A stretch of DNA of 64,000 nt. Origin: Acidimicrobiia bacterium. Lineage in GTDB: Bacteria; Actinomycetota; Acidimicrobiia; Spongiisociales; UBA11373. A model generated the notes under the pieces. That model was not told the origin of the DNA. It saw only the letters and a list, made by a program, of their open reading frames with translations, and made no database searches. The position numbers and the translations under genes were made by a program. How positions within the stretch are numbered: the first letter of the stretch is position 1; every line of letters starts with the position of its first letter. Where the stretch lies: positions 639,608 through 703,607 of the forward strand of contig CP129495.1 of the NCBI GenBank assembly GCA_030584185.1. The letters are read 5' to 3'. Positions 27,365 through 36,676 of the stretch are shown here, one piece after another.

Positions 27365-30156
27365 CGCCGCTCGCCTTCGGCACCGCCTCGGCGCACCCCG
27401 AACAGCACGGCGAGACCCAGCAGAGCCAGCCACACGGCGGCCCCGATCGCCTGGAGTCGACGGGGCAGGTGACCGGCGAACTCCACCCGGCCCGGGTTTC
27501 CCGAAAGGCGATTGGCCCATCCCTCCTGCTGCCAGTCGCCGGGCCCCCAACGCCAGTCGCCGTTGACGGCCACCACGACCTCGCCAGAGGCGCCATCGGG
27601 GGCGACGAAGCCGGTGCCTTGCTGCCACCAGGCCGAACCGTCACGCGACACCGCCAGGGCGGCCTTCACCTCGTTGCGATACACGGGGAAGTCGAGCGAA
27701 CGCAGCGGAACGATGTCGAGTTGGGTGTCGAAGAACGCCTGCAGTGGGCTCGGCTCGGCGAACACCACCCATCCGATGCCGAACCTGGCAAGCAGCTCCC
27801 CGGCACGGCGCTCCCCGCCTTCGACGATCGAGCCCAGTGCCTCATGGAAGGCGTCGTCCCCCATTCGAGGCGTGTTGAGGAGCGCCTCCCAGGTACGGGG
27901 ATACGGAGGAACGAACACCCGATATCCGAGCCCATCGAAGTCCCGCTCGTCGCCCGGTATCGATTCGGCCGGCCCGAACAGCAGGATGCGCGACGGCGCC
28001 GCGTCCTGCGTGTCGGCGAAGCGATAGATCCCGTCGAGGGTGTCCGGCGGCAGTCCTGCCCTCCCCGGGCCCGCCACGGTGACCGTACCGAGGACGAGCA
28101 GCACGGCTGCACTCCACGCCGCAGCCGCTCCCAGCGAGGCGGAGCCACCCCAGGCCCTCCTCCTCCTGCCTGCCTCTAGAGCGGCCCCGACCATGATGGC
28201 GAGGCCCAGCCCGGCCGTGGTCCCACCGAGCACCAGCATCTGCGAGCCGCCTCCGAGATCACCGCTTCGGGCTGCCGCCGCCCCGATGAGGCCGAGGAAC
28301 CCACCCCACAGGGTCAGTGCCCCGAGTTGCCGGTCTCCGGTGCCGATGACACCGACCGCGATCACCGCGATCAGGGCCACCACGAGCCAGGACGGCGCCC
28401 AGAAGGCCGGCTCCCCGGATCGCAGAAACTCCACCGGCCTGGAGTAGAGGATCCAGGGCATCAGCAGCGGAACGGCGGCGACGGTGGAGGCCAGCACCCT
28501 CCACAGGGCGGGTCGGCTGCGGGGCACCCCGACAAGTGCCGCGGCCACCACGACGAGCAGAGCCACCGGCAGGCTCGCCGGCGAGAACGCCGCGGCCGCC
28601 CCGACCAGCAGCGTGATCAGTGCCAGGCGCGGTAGCCGGCCCTCGGGTCCGATGTCGCCGAATGCGGCGGCCACAGCCCAGGGCAGAAGGGCAACTGCGG
28701 GAAGCACCGACCAGTGGGTCTCGGCCATCATCGCGCCCACGGCGACACCGGCCATGAGGGTGAGCCCGGCGAAGAGGCCGACGGCCGAATCCACGCCTCG
28801 ATGGACAAGCAGCCTCGAGAGGCCGAAGACGCCACCGATCGCCGCAGCCACGGTGATTGCGGCCACGGCGGCGCCGCCGCGGCCGAAGAGCAGCAACTGG
28901 ACCACTGCCGTCGCCGCCACCGAAGGGTGCAACACCTCGGGGGATCCGAACCCGGCCGGGTTCCAGCCACCGGCGTAGGCGTCCAGGGCGTCCAGAGCGC
29001 CCTCCGGTGGCAACAGGCTGAACGCTCCCATCGGCAGGCCGTCGCCCCAGATCTGACGGGTCGCCACCAGGGCGTACCCGACCACCACCAGCCCGGCGAA
29101 GAAGGCAGGATTGCGGATTCTCTGCTGCCCGGCCTCGACCGCCTCGGCGAATCCGGAGAGCACGCCCTCCGGGAAGCGACTGCGCACCTTCTCGGCCACC
29201 TCGTCCCAGAGGTGACGGAGCCGAGCCGAGCCGTTGACCTGGTATCGGAACAGTTCCTCGTCGCCCGCCTCACGGCCCCTGCGTGCCTGGAAGCGGGCCC
29301 TCAGTGCCGACGGAAGATGGAACAGGTTCCAGAACCCTGCGGCCAGGAGCCCCGGGAGTGCGAAGCGGCCCACGACCAGTCCGAGCACGCTCTCTGCGAG
29401 CCCCACCAGGAAGGCGACCGGAATCGCCCAGAGCAGGGTCAGCGGAGAGTAGGCCTTGATCATGGCCCGGGTCTCCCCTGCCCGCTCCCGCCAGCGAGGG
29501 GCCGGGTCGGGACCCTGGTACCCGACCACGCTCGAGGGCACCACGACGACCCGTCCCCCGCGCAACCTGGCACGCTGGCAGAAGTCGACGGCGGCCGATG
29601 TCGGCGACATCAGAAGGTCGATCCCGCCCAGACCGCGGAACAGGTCACGGCGGATCAGCATCGAAGTGTCCGAGACCGCAGCCACGTCACGGATCACGTC
29701 GTACTGGGCCTGATCCTGTTCGCCTGGCTGTAGACCGGAGTAGGGGGCGTCGAAGACGTCGGTCGAGTAGCCGACCGAGATGAGGAGCCTCGGATCGGAT
29801 GCATCGACCACCTTCGAGCCGGCCACCGAGGCGTCGACCCTCGCGCCATCGGCGACGAGCGCCGCCAGCGCCTCGGGTCGAGGGCGGGCCCGCTCGCGCA
29901 GGGCCCAGATGTAGTCCACCGCAGCCGGAACGGAGTCGTAGACGGCCTTCATGTGGGGACGCCAGGTGGCACCTGCTTCGGTTGCGGCGTGACGGACCTC
30001 GTCCGACCCGCCAACCACGATGACCCGGCTCGGCCCATACACTTGGTCTGCGATCGCCTCCAGACAGGGGCGGAGATGATCGGGGTCCTCGGCGGTGACC
30101 ACTGCCACGACCCCGGGCGCGGTTGGACTGGAGGTCGACTGGGGGTCCGTGGACAT
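27361..30156 (-). CDS. Large GT2 glycosyltransferase with multi-pass membrane domain
   Basis: N-terminal GT2 fold (VAGSKVVD..., 'VDFCQRARLRGGRVVVVP'), many TM segments, 'GGWNP.G.G', 'LPWA'; ATG at 30156; 931 aa. Confidence 0.82.
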   Translation of the reverse strand: MSTDPQSTSSPTAPGVVAVVTAEDPDHLRPCLEAIADQVYGPSRVIVVGGSDEVRHAATEAGATWRPHMKAVYDSVPAAVDYIWALRERARPRPEALAALVADGARVDASVAGSKVVDASDPRLLISVGYSTDVFDAPYSGLQPGEQDQAQYDVIRDVAAVSDTSMLIRRDLFRGLGGIDLLMSPTSAAVDFCQRARLRGGRVVVVPSSVVGYQGPDPAPRWRERAGETRAMIKAYSPLTLLWAIPVAFLVGLAESVLGLVVGRFALPGLLAAGFWNLFHLPSALRARFQARRGREAGDEELFRYQVNGSARLRHLWDEVAEKVRSRFPEGVLSGFAEAVEAGQQRIRNPAFFAGLVVVGYALVATRQIWGDGLPMGAFSLLPPEGALDALDAYAGGWNPAGFGSPEVLHPSVAATAVVQLLLFGRGGAAVAAITVAAAIGGVFGLSRLLVHRGVDSAVGLFAGLTLMAGVAVGAMMAETHWSVLPAVALLPWAVAAAFGDIGPEGRLPRLALITLLVGAAAAFSPASLPVALLVVVAAALVGVPRSRPALWRVLASTVAAVPLLMPWILYSRPVEFLRSGEPAFWAPSWLVVALIAVIAVGVIGTGDRQLGALTLWGGFLGLIGAAAARSGDLGGGSQMLVLGGTTAGLGLAIMVGAALEAGRRRRAWGGSASLGAAAAWSAAVLLVLGTVTVAGPGRAGLPPDTLDGIYRFADTQDAAPSRILLFGPAESIPGDERDFDGLGYRVFVPPYPRTWEALLNTPRMGDDAFHEALGSIVEGGERRAGELLARFGIGWVVFAEPSPLQAFFDTQLDIVPLRSLDFPVYRNEVKAALAVSRDGSAWWQQGTGFVAPDGASGEVVVAVNGDWRWGPGDWQQEGWANRLSGNPGRVEFAGHLPRRLQAIGAAVWLALLGLAVLFGVRRGGAEGERR

Positions 30157-30183
30157 GGGTTGGCATTGTACGAAGGGCGCGAG

Positions 30184-31104
30184 ATGACGAGGGTCACTCT
30201 GCTTTCGGGTGGCGTCGGTGGTGCCCGGGCGGCGAGGGGGTTCGCCGCAGTCCTCCCCGCCGAGGACCTCACCGTCGTGGTCAACGTGGGCGACGACGAT
30301 CGCATCCATGGGGTGCACGTCTCCGCCGACGTCGACACCGTCGTGTACACACTCGCCGGACGCGTCGGTCCACAGGGCTGGGGGCTGGCCGGCGACACCT
30401 TCAATGCCATGGAAGCGCTCGCCGCCCATGGCGTCGACACCACCTTCAGGCTCGGCGACACCGACCTCGCCACTTGCCTGTTCCGAACCGAGGCACTCGA
30501 CGACGGCGTGGCGCTCTCCGAGGTGACCCGTCGCATCGCGGCATCCCTCGGTGTGGTGCACTCGGTGCTCCCGGTCACCGACGGCGCGCTGCGCACCAGG
30601 CTGCGAACGACCGCAGGCCAGTGGCTCGCCTTTCAGGAGTACTTCGTGCTCCGGGGCCACCGAGACGAGGTCGCCGAGATCGAGTACGCCGGAGCCGGAC
30701 TGACCGCCCCGGCACCGGGAGTCCTGGAGGCGGTGGCCGGCGCCGACCTGCTGGTGATCGCCCCGTCGAACCCCCCGCTGTCGATCTGGCCGATCCTCGC
30801 CGTTCCCGGGATCCGCGATGCCGTCGCCGCGACGCGGCGGGTGATCGCCATCAGCCCGCTGTTCGCCGGGCGGGCGCTGAAGGGCCCCGCCGACCGGGTG
30901 ATGGCCTCTCTCGGCCTTCCCCCGGGAAACGCCGGTGTCATCGAGGCCTACCGAGGACTGCTCACCGACCTCGTCATCGACCAGGGTGACTCCAGGGATC
31001 TGGGAACCCTCGCCGGACAGGTTCGGATCCACTCCACCGACACCCGGATCCCGGGAAGGGACGAAGGGGCCCGTCTCGCCGAGTTCGTCCTGGGATTGCC
31101 ATGA
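30184..31104 (+). CDS. cofD: 2-phospho-L-lactate transferase (F420 synthesis)
   Basis: 'LSGGVGGAR', 'NVGDD', 'DVDTVVYTL', 'FRLGDTDLA', 'FQEYFV', 'PSNP', 'GPADR'. Confidence 0.95.
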   Translation: MTRVTLLSGGVGGARAARGFAAVLPAEDLTVVVNVGDDDRIHGVHVSADVDTVVYTLAGRVGPQGWGLAGDTFNAMEALAAHGVDTTFRLGDTDLATCLFRTEALDDGVALSEVTRRIAASLGVVHSVLPVTDGALRTRLRTTAGQWLAFQEYFVLRGHRDEVAEIEYAGAGLTAPAPGVLEAVAGADLLVIAPSNPPLSIWPILAVPGIRDAVAATRRVIAISPLFAGRALKGPADRVMASLGLPPGNAGVIEAYRGLLTDLVIDQGDSRDLGTLAGQVRIHSTDTRIPGRDEGARLAEFVLGLP

Positions 31105-31805
31105 CCCTCTCCATCCATCCGCTAGGGGGCATGCCCGAGGTGGAGCCGGGCGACGATCTGCCCCGGCTCCTGCTCGAGGCGGTTGGTGCCGCCGGTTTGC
31201 GACTCGAGACCGGCGACGTGCTGGTGGTCACCCACAAGGTGGTCTCCAAGGCGGAGGGAGCGGTGGCCCCGCTCGACGGCGATGAGGAGACTGCGTATCG
31301 CGCCCTGGTCCTGGAACAGGCCGATCGAGTCGTAAGGCGTAGGGGTCCGATGGTGATCGCCCGGACTCGCCACGGGTTCATCTGTGCCAACGCCGGCGTC
31401 GACCGCTCCAACGCCGCCCCCGGCACGGCGGTGCTGCTGCCCCACGATCCTGACCGTTCGGCACACGGAATACGCCTGGCACTGCGCGCCGCCACCGCGG
31501 TCGACGTCGCCGTTGTGATCACCGACACCTTCGGCCGTCCCTGGCGCCGCGGCCTGGTCGATGTCGCCATCGGCGTGTCCGGGATCGAGCCGCTGCTCGA
31601 CCTGCGGGGCACCCAGGATGCTCAGGGAAGGACCTTGACCGTCACCGAGGTGGCCGTGGTCGACGAGATCGCTGCCGCCGCCGACCTCGTGATGGGCAAG
31701 GCGGACGGGATCCCGGCCGCCCTGGTGCGCGGCCTCGGCGGAACGAGGGGTGAGGGCCGCGCCACCGACCTGGTGCGCCCGGCCGACGAGGACATGTTCC
31801 GGTAA
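31101..31805 (+). CDS. cofE: Coenzyme F420-0:L-glutamate ligase (stand-alone CofE, no nitroreductase domain)
   Basis: 'PEV.PGDDL', 'THKVVSKAEG', 'ANAGVDRSN', 'TDTFGRPWR.G'; 234 aa. Confidence 0.95.
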   Translation: MTLSIHPLGGMPEVEPGDDLPRLLLEAVGAAGLRLETGDVLVVTHKVVSKAEGAVAPLDGDEETAYRALVLEQADRVVRRRGPMVIARTRHGFICANAGVDRSNAAPGTAVLLPHDPDRSAHGIRLALRAATAVDVAVVITDTFGRPWRRGLVDVAIGVSGIEPLLDLRGTQDAQGRTLTVTEVAVVDEIAAAADLVMGKADGIPAALVRGLGGTRGEGRATDLVRPADEDMFR

Positions 31806-31826
31806 TCGAACCCAGGTGGCGGTCCC

Positions 31827-32711
31827 GTGCCCGAACTCCCCGACATCGTGGTCTACCTGGAACGACTGGAGGCGATCGCCGGCCACGGCCCACTGCTCCG
31901 CCTGAGGATCGCGTCTCCCTGGGTCCTGCGCACCTTCGCCCCTCCTCCCGAAGCCGCAGCCGGTCGAAAGGTCATCGCCTACCGACGAATCGGAAAGCGA
32001 ATCGTGCTCTGCCTCGAAGGCGACCTGAGCATCGTGATCCACCTGATGGTCGCCGGTCGATTGCGCCTGAGACCCCCGGGAGCAGCCATCCCGGGACGGC
32101 GCGGCCTGGCAGCCATCGACTTCCCCGGCGCCACGTTCCTGCTCACCGAGGAAGGGACCAAGAGGCGAGCCGCGATCCACCTGGTGGAGGGTGATGACGC
32201 CTTGGCCGCGCTCGATCCGGGAGGCGTCGAGCCGCTCGACTCGTCACCAGGTGAGTTCGCCGCCGCCCTGATGCGAGGGCGTCACACGCTGAAGCGCTCC
32301 CTGACCGACCCCAGGATCATTGCCGGGATCGGCGGAGCCTACGCCGATGAGATCATGCACCGGGCCCGGCTGTCACCCCTCGTCCTCACCGATCGACTCA
32401 CGGCCGAGGACATCGTCCTGCTCCATGCGGCGACGCAGGAGATTCTCACCGAGTGGACACAACGGCTCCGCTCCGAGGCGGGAGAGGGGTTCCCGGAGAA
32501 GGTGACCGCGTTCCACCCCGAGATGTCCGTTCACGGACGGTTCGGCCTGCCCTGTCCGGTGTGTGGGTCGCCGGTGCAGCGGATCGTTCACGCCGACAAC
32601 GAGACCAACTACTGCGCCCGCTGCCAGACGGGAGGCCGGATCTTCGCCGATCGCGCCCTGAGCAGGCTGCTCAAGCAGGACTTCCCTCGCGACATCGAAG
32701 ATCTCGAGTGA
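31827..32711 (+). CDS. Fpg/Nei-family DNA glycosylase
   Basis: N-terminal PE(LPD), 'HLMVAGRL', H2TH 'AGIGGAYADE', zinc finger CPVC...CARC. Confidence 0.92.
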   Translation: MPELPDIVVYLERLEAIAGHGPLLRLRIASPWVLRTFAPPPEAAAGRKVIAYRRIGKRIVLCLEGDLSIVIHLMVAGRLRLRPPGAAIPGRRGLAAIDFPGATFLLTEEGTKRRAAIHLVEGDDALAALDPGGVEPLDSSPGEFAAALMRGRHTLKRSLTDPRIIAGIGGAYADEIMHRARLSPLVLTDRLTAEDIVLLHAATQEILTEWTQRLRSEAGEGFPEKVTAFHPEMSVHGRFGLPCPVCGSPVQRIVHADNETNYCARCQTGGRIFADRALSRLLKQDFPRDIEDLE

Positions 32712-32715
32712 CGCT

Positions 32716-33651
32716 TCAGCCGGCCCGCGCCCACTCCACGGTCCGCTGCAGCCCCTCGGCCAGAGGCGTCCAGGGCTCCCACCCCAGCTCGCGCTTGGCA
32801 CGCGAAGGATCGATCACGGAGCGGTAGATGTCGCCCGGCTTGGCCGCGGCGTACTCGGGTCGCGACGGAAAGCCGGTGGCCCCAGCGATCAGTTCGTACA
32901 GGCGGTCGATCGAAGTGTCGGTTCCGGTCCCGACGTTCAAGAAGAAGCCGTCGGCGGTGTCGGCGGCCCGCACGAAGGCGTCGCACACGTCACCGACGTA
33001 GACGAAGTCCCTGGTCTGGCGCCCGTCGCCGAAGATCGTGGGTCGCCGGCCCTCCAGCATCGCCTGCACGAAGATGGCGACCACCCCGCCCTCGAGCGAG
33101 GCGTCCTGCCGGGGGCCGTAGACGTTGGCCAGGGCCAGGAGCGTGTACTCGAGGCCGTGCACCTCGCGATACCAGCGGAAGTAGTCCTCGACGATCTTCT
33201 TGGAGATGCCGTAGGGCGAAGCGGGGCTCTTCGCCGCTGTCTCCTTGGCCGGAAGCTTCACGCCGTCTCCGTACACGGCGCCTCCCGAAGAGGCGAAACA
33301 CACCTTCCGGGCACCGGCGGAGAGCGACGCCTGAAGCACGTTGAGGGTGCCGATCACGTTGATCTCGGCATCGTGGATCGGGTCGTCCATGGAGGGCCTC
33401 ACCTTGGACTGGGCGGCGAGATGGAAGACGACCTCGGGGCCGAAACGGCCCAGGACATCGGCCACTTCGGGGGCGCGTACGTCGGTGACGTGGACCTGCA
33501 CCCCGCGGTGCTTGGCGGCGGTGAGGTTCCCCATCTGGCCGCTGCTCAGGTCGTCGACGACGAGCACGCTCCAGTCGCGATCGCGCAGGACCTCGACCAG
33601 ATGGCTGCCGACGAACCCGGCACCGCCGGTCACCACTGCCCGTCTGGTCAC
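32716..33651 (-). CDS. NAD-dependent nucleotide-sugar epimerase/dehydratase (GalE-like)
   Basis: 'VTGGAGFVGSH', 'FHLAAQ', 'SSGGAVYG', YxxxK 'YGISK', 'NVYGPRQ'. Confidence 0.93.
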   Translation of the reverse strand: MTRRAVVTGGAGFVGSHLVEVLRDRDWSVLVVDDLSSGQMGNLTAAKHRGVQVHVTDVRAPEVADVLGRFGPEVVFHLAAQSKVRPSMDDPIHDAEINVIGTLNVLQASLSAGARKVCFASSGGAVYGDGVKLPAKETAAKSPASPYGISKKIVEDYFRWYREVHGLEYTLLALANVYGPRQDASLEGGVVAIFVQAMLEGRRPTIFGDGRQTRDFVYVGDVCDAFVRAADTADGFFLNVGTGTDTSIDRLYELIAGATGFPSRPEYAAAKPGDIYRSVIDPSRAKRELGWEPWTPLAEGLQRTVEWARAG

Positions 33652-33658
33652 GACACCC

Positions 33659-34705
33659 TCATTTCGGTGGAGAGAAGCTGACGCTACCCGGCGCCAGAAC
33701 GGTCGCCGGGGCAATCCTCACCCCCCGGTCGAGCTCGCATCCCGAACCCACCACGGCGCCGGGACCCACCATGGCGGCGCCGGTGACGATCGCCTCCTCG
33801 CCGACGACGGCGGCAGTGCCGATGACCGCCCTGTGCACGACGGCGCCGGCAGCGATCTCGGCCCCCGAGAGGATCACCGCCTCCTCGACGACGGCGGTGG
33901 ACGCCACCCGGGCGCCCTCGCCGACGAACGACCAGGCGCCGCGACCGGCGGGATGGTCGTGCGCCCGCTCTGGGCGGTGGAGTGCAGTCGCCCCGGCATG
34001 TACCGCGTCGTGCGCCGCCAGGTAGAGATCGGGGGTCCCGATGTCGATCCACTGTCCTTCGAGGATCACCGCTCCGAGTAGCCCGGCCGAAGCCAGATCG
34101 GGGAACACGGTTCGTTCGAAGGAGAGGGGTCCCACCGGGTACCTCTCGAACACCGAACGCTCCAGGGCGTACATCCCGGCATTGACGGTTCGCGCCGGAG
34201 CCTCGGACGGCGGCGGTTTTTCCACGAAACGCTGGACACGGCCCGAGTCGTCGGTCACCACTACCCCGTACGCCGAGGTGTCCTCGACCTCCACCAGGCC
34301 GAGGGTTGCCGGCCCGGCGGCATCGACGACCCGGCCCAGATCGGCCTCGACCACGACGTCGCCGTTGAGCACCAGGAATCTGTCCTCCAGCGAGTCCAGG
34401 ACGGCCCTCACCGGCCCGGCGGTGTCGAGCGGGGTGTCCTCGACGGCGAGACGAAGGTCGATGCCGGCCCGCGGGACGGCCACATACTCCTCCCAGCGCT
34501 CCAACAGGTGCCTGCCGACGGCGAGAACGACCTCTTCGACACCGACCCCGGCCAGCTGCCTCAGCTGATACTCGACGAAGGGAACCCCGGCAAGCGGAAG
34601 CAACGCCTTCGGAGAATCGTGGGTGAGGGGCCACATCCTGGTGCCCCGACCCCCGACGAGTAGAACGGCCTGGCGGGGCCGATCAGCCAGGGGGGACATC
34701 GGCAC
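33659..34705 (-). CDS. NDP-sugar synthase (mannose-1-phosphate guanylyltransferase-like) with LbH tail
   Basis: 'LVGGRGTRMWPLT...PKALLP', 'VLNGD', 'FVEKP', 'WIDIGTP'; hexapeptide repeats; start may be 34699. Confidence 0.9.
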   Translation of the reverse strand: MPMSPLADRPRQAVLLVGGRGTRMWPLTHDSPKALLPLAGVPFVEYQLRQLAGVGVEEVVLAVGRHLLERWEEYVAVPRAGIDLRLAVEDTPLDTAGPVRAVLDSLEDRFLVLNGDVVVEADLGRVVDAAGPATLGLVEVEDTSAYGVVVTDDSGRVQRFVEKPPPSEAPARTVNAGMYALERSVFERYPVGPLSFERTVFPDLASAGLLGAVILEGQWIDIGTPDLYLAAHDAVHAGATALHRPERAHDHPAGRGAWSFVGEGARVASTAVVEEAVILSGAEIAAGAVVHRAVIGTAAVVGEEAIVTGAAMVGPGAVVGSGCELDRGVRIAPATVLAPGSVSFSPPK

Positions 34706-35993
34706 CGAGGATGACCACGATCTCGACGTCGGCGGGCGTACGGCCCAGGATCACCTCGCCGTATCCGAGGGCATCGCGCACCGCCTGGGCCAGAGCCAGG
34801 TTGGAGGCTCCCGACACGATCTGAGTGACGGCGTAGTCGCTGCGGGCCGAGTCGATCGATCCCACGACGTCGAAGCCGGCGGAGGAGAGCTGGGTGCCGA
34901 CGGTGGCAGCCGAACCGGAGACACCGTTGCCGTTCTGAACCTGGATACGCGCTTCGGCGTCGGTCGTCATCTCGACGCCGCTGGCGAAGGCGTCGATGAC
35001 GTTGGAGGCGTCCGGTTCGACCCGGACCACGTAGGAGGTCCCACCCTCCGAGAAGTTTCTCACCGGCAGCGTCATCGACTCGACGCTGGCGCCATCGATG
35101 GACCGCATCGACCAGGCCAACTGGATGATCTCTTCGGCATCGAACGCCGAATCCGAGACCACGAAGCCTCCCAACGCATCGACCAGATCGCTGAAGCCCG
35201 AAGGCGACGAGGGCCGATCCACCTGGGTGAGGATGGCTAGCAGTACGTCCTGCTGGCGACGGGTCCGGCCGATGTCGCTGGCATCGACGCTCACCCATTG
35301 GCCGTTGCGGAACTCCTGGTACTTGCGACTGCGGGCGTAGGCGAGCGCCGTGTACCCGTCGAGGACCTGTGTTCCGGCACCCACCTCCAGTCCGGAAGAC
35401 AGATCGCGGGCGGGGTAGGGGAAGGTGAGGCGGATGCCTCCGATGGCGTCGATGATCGAGGCGAACCCGGCGAACTCGACCTGCAGGTAGTGGTGGATGG
35501 GGAGCCCGGTCTCGTCGGCGACGGCGGCGACCAGGTTGCCCGCTCCCGAGTTGAAGGTGGCGTTGACCCTGCCGACGGTGCCTCCGTAGTCGATGCGCAG
35601 GTCGCGCGGGATCGACAGGAGCTGCACCTTCCCTTCCTGCGGGAGTACCTGCATGAGGATGATGACATCGGCGCGCTGCCCTCCGGCAGGACCGAAGCCC
35701 TCCAGCGAGGTCAGGCTCTCCCGGCTGTCGCTGCCGACCAGGAGGAAGGTTCGCGGGGCCGACAGTTCTGGCGGCAGATCGGACAGCGGAACGTCGCCCT
35801 CGGGAAGGGTGGAGACCGCCGAGGAGACCTCACGCGCCGCCCAGAGGACCGCCCCCAGGGTTCCGAAGACGGCCAGGTTGGCCACGATCAGGAACCAGAC
35901 CAGGGCGCGCTTCATCCCCTTCTTGGGTGGGGTGGAAGGTGGAGGGGGCGGAGGGACCGGCGCCGGAGGACGCGGATGGGATGGCATGGTCAT
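34683..35993 (-). CDS. LCP-family glycopolymer transferase with LytR C-terminal domain
   Basis: 'LLVGSDSR', 'RADVI', 'SIPRD', 'ARSR', 'RTRRQQ'; C-terminal 'VQNGNGVSGSA'. Confidence 0.92.
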   Translation of the reverse strand: MTMPSHPRPPAPVPPPPPPSTPPKKGMKRALVWFLIVANLAVFGTLGAVLWAAREVSSAVSTLPEGDVPLSDLPPELSAPRTFLLVGSDSRESLTSLEGFGPAGGQRADVIILMQVLPQEGKVQLLSIPRDLRIDYGGTVGRVNATFNSGAGNLVAAVADETGLPIHHYLQVEFAGFASIIDAIGGIRLTFPYPARDLSSGLEVGAGTQVLDGYTALAYARSRKYQEFRNGQWVSVDASDIGRTRRQQDVLLAILTQVDRPSSPSGFSDLVDALGGFVVSDSAFDAEEIIQLAWSMRSIDGASVESMTLPVRNFSEGGTSYVVRVEPDASNVIDAFASGVEMTTDAEARIQVQNGNGVSGSAATVGTQLSSAGFDVVGSIDSARSDYAVTQIVSGASNLALAQAVRDALGYGEVILGRTPADVEIVVILGADVPPG

Positions 35994-36045
35994 GGGTGCG
36001 CCAGGAGGTTATAGCAGTGGTGGAGAACTGCGAGACAACGGCCGC

Positions 36046-36642
36046 TCAGGCGAGGGCGGCGACGCCGAGGTGCAGATCGAGAAAGCCGACCATCCGGGCG
36101 AAGGCATCGCGAGCCGCCGCATCGCTGTAGTCGGGCGAGCCGTCGTCCCAGAATCCGGGTTCGAGACCGCGGTACACAACGACGGCGCCCCCGGTCGGCT
36201 GCTCCGCGTCGTTGGTGGTCACCAGGAGAGCCGGCACGCCTGCGGGCAGTTCGAGGTCGGCGGGCTCCGGCGAGAGAAGCGCCAACACCGCCCCGGGCCC
36301 CGCCACCTGGACCGCCAGCGGCGAGCCGGTGCCGATACCCACCACTGCATGGGTCCCGCCGCGCGACCACTCGCCCCACCCGGCGCCGAAGGCGGCAACG
36401 GCGACCTCAAGATCCCCTGGCACCGCTCGGGGCACCACGGCGGCGTATCCGTGTCGCGCCAGGTGCCGCGCCAGGGCCTTGGTGGGAGACGAGGGCTCCG
36501 GATCGGGGGACGCCACCACCACACCGGGGTGGCGGCCTTCGGCATCGGGGCGCGCCAGGTAACAGGAACGGTGCGGGGGCGTCGGCAGCGGCTGGATCCC
36601 ATAGAGGATGGGAACCCGACCCTCGCCCTGGAGTACGGTCAT
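36046..36642 (-). CDS. Dienelactone hydrolase-like protein lacking catalytic residues
   Basis: 'YLARP...PGVVV', 'LARHGY', 'AARDAFARMVGFL' follow the family layout; the nucleophile elbow reads GIGTG and the His loop reads GLEPGF. Confidence 0.65.
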   Translation of the reverse strand: MTVLQGEGRVPILYGIQPLPTPPHRSCYLARPDAEGRHPGVVVASPDPEPSSPTKALARHLARHGYAAVVPRAVPGDLEVAVAAFGAGWGEWSRGGTHAVVGIGTGSPLAVQVAGPGAVLALLSPEPADLELPAGVPALLVTTNDAEQPTGGAVVVYRGLEPGFWDDGSPDYSDAAARDAFARMVGFLDLHLGVAALA

Positions 36643-36676
36643 CTCATCACCTCGGTGACCAGGCTAGCGAGGCGGC

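Noticed and set aside
30157-31032. N-terminal extension of the 1,223-aa track ORF
   Set aside because: Antisense to cofD; the real GT2 starts at 30156.
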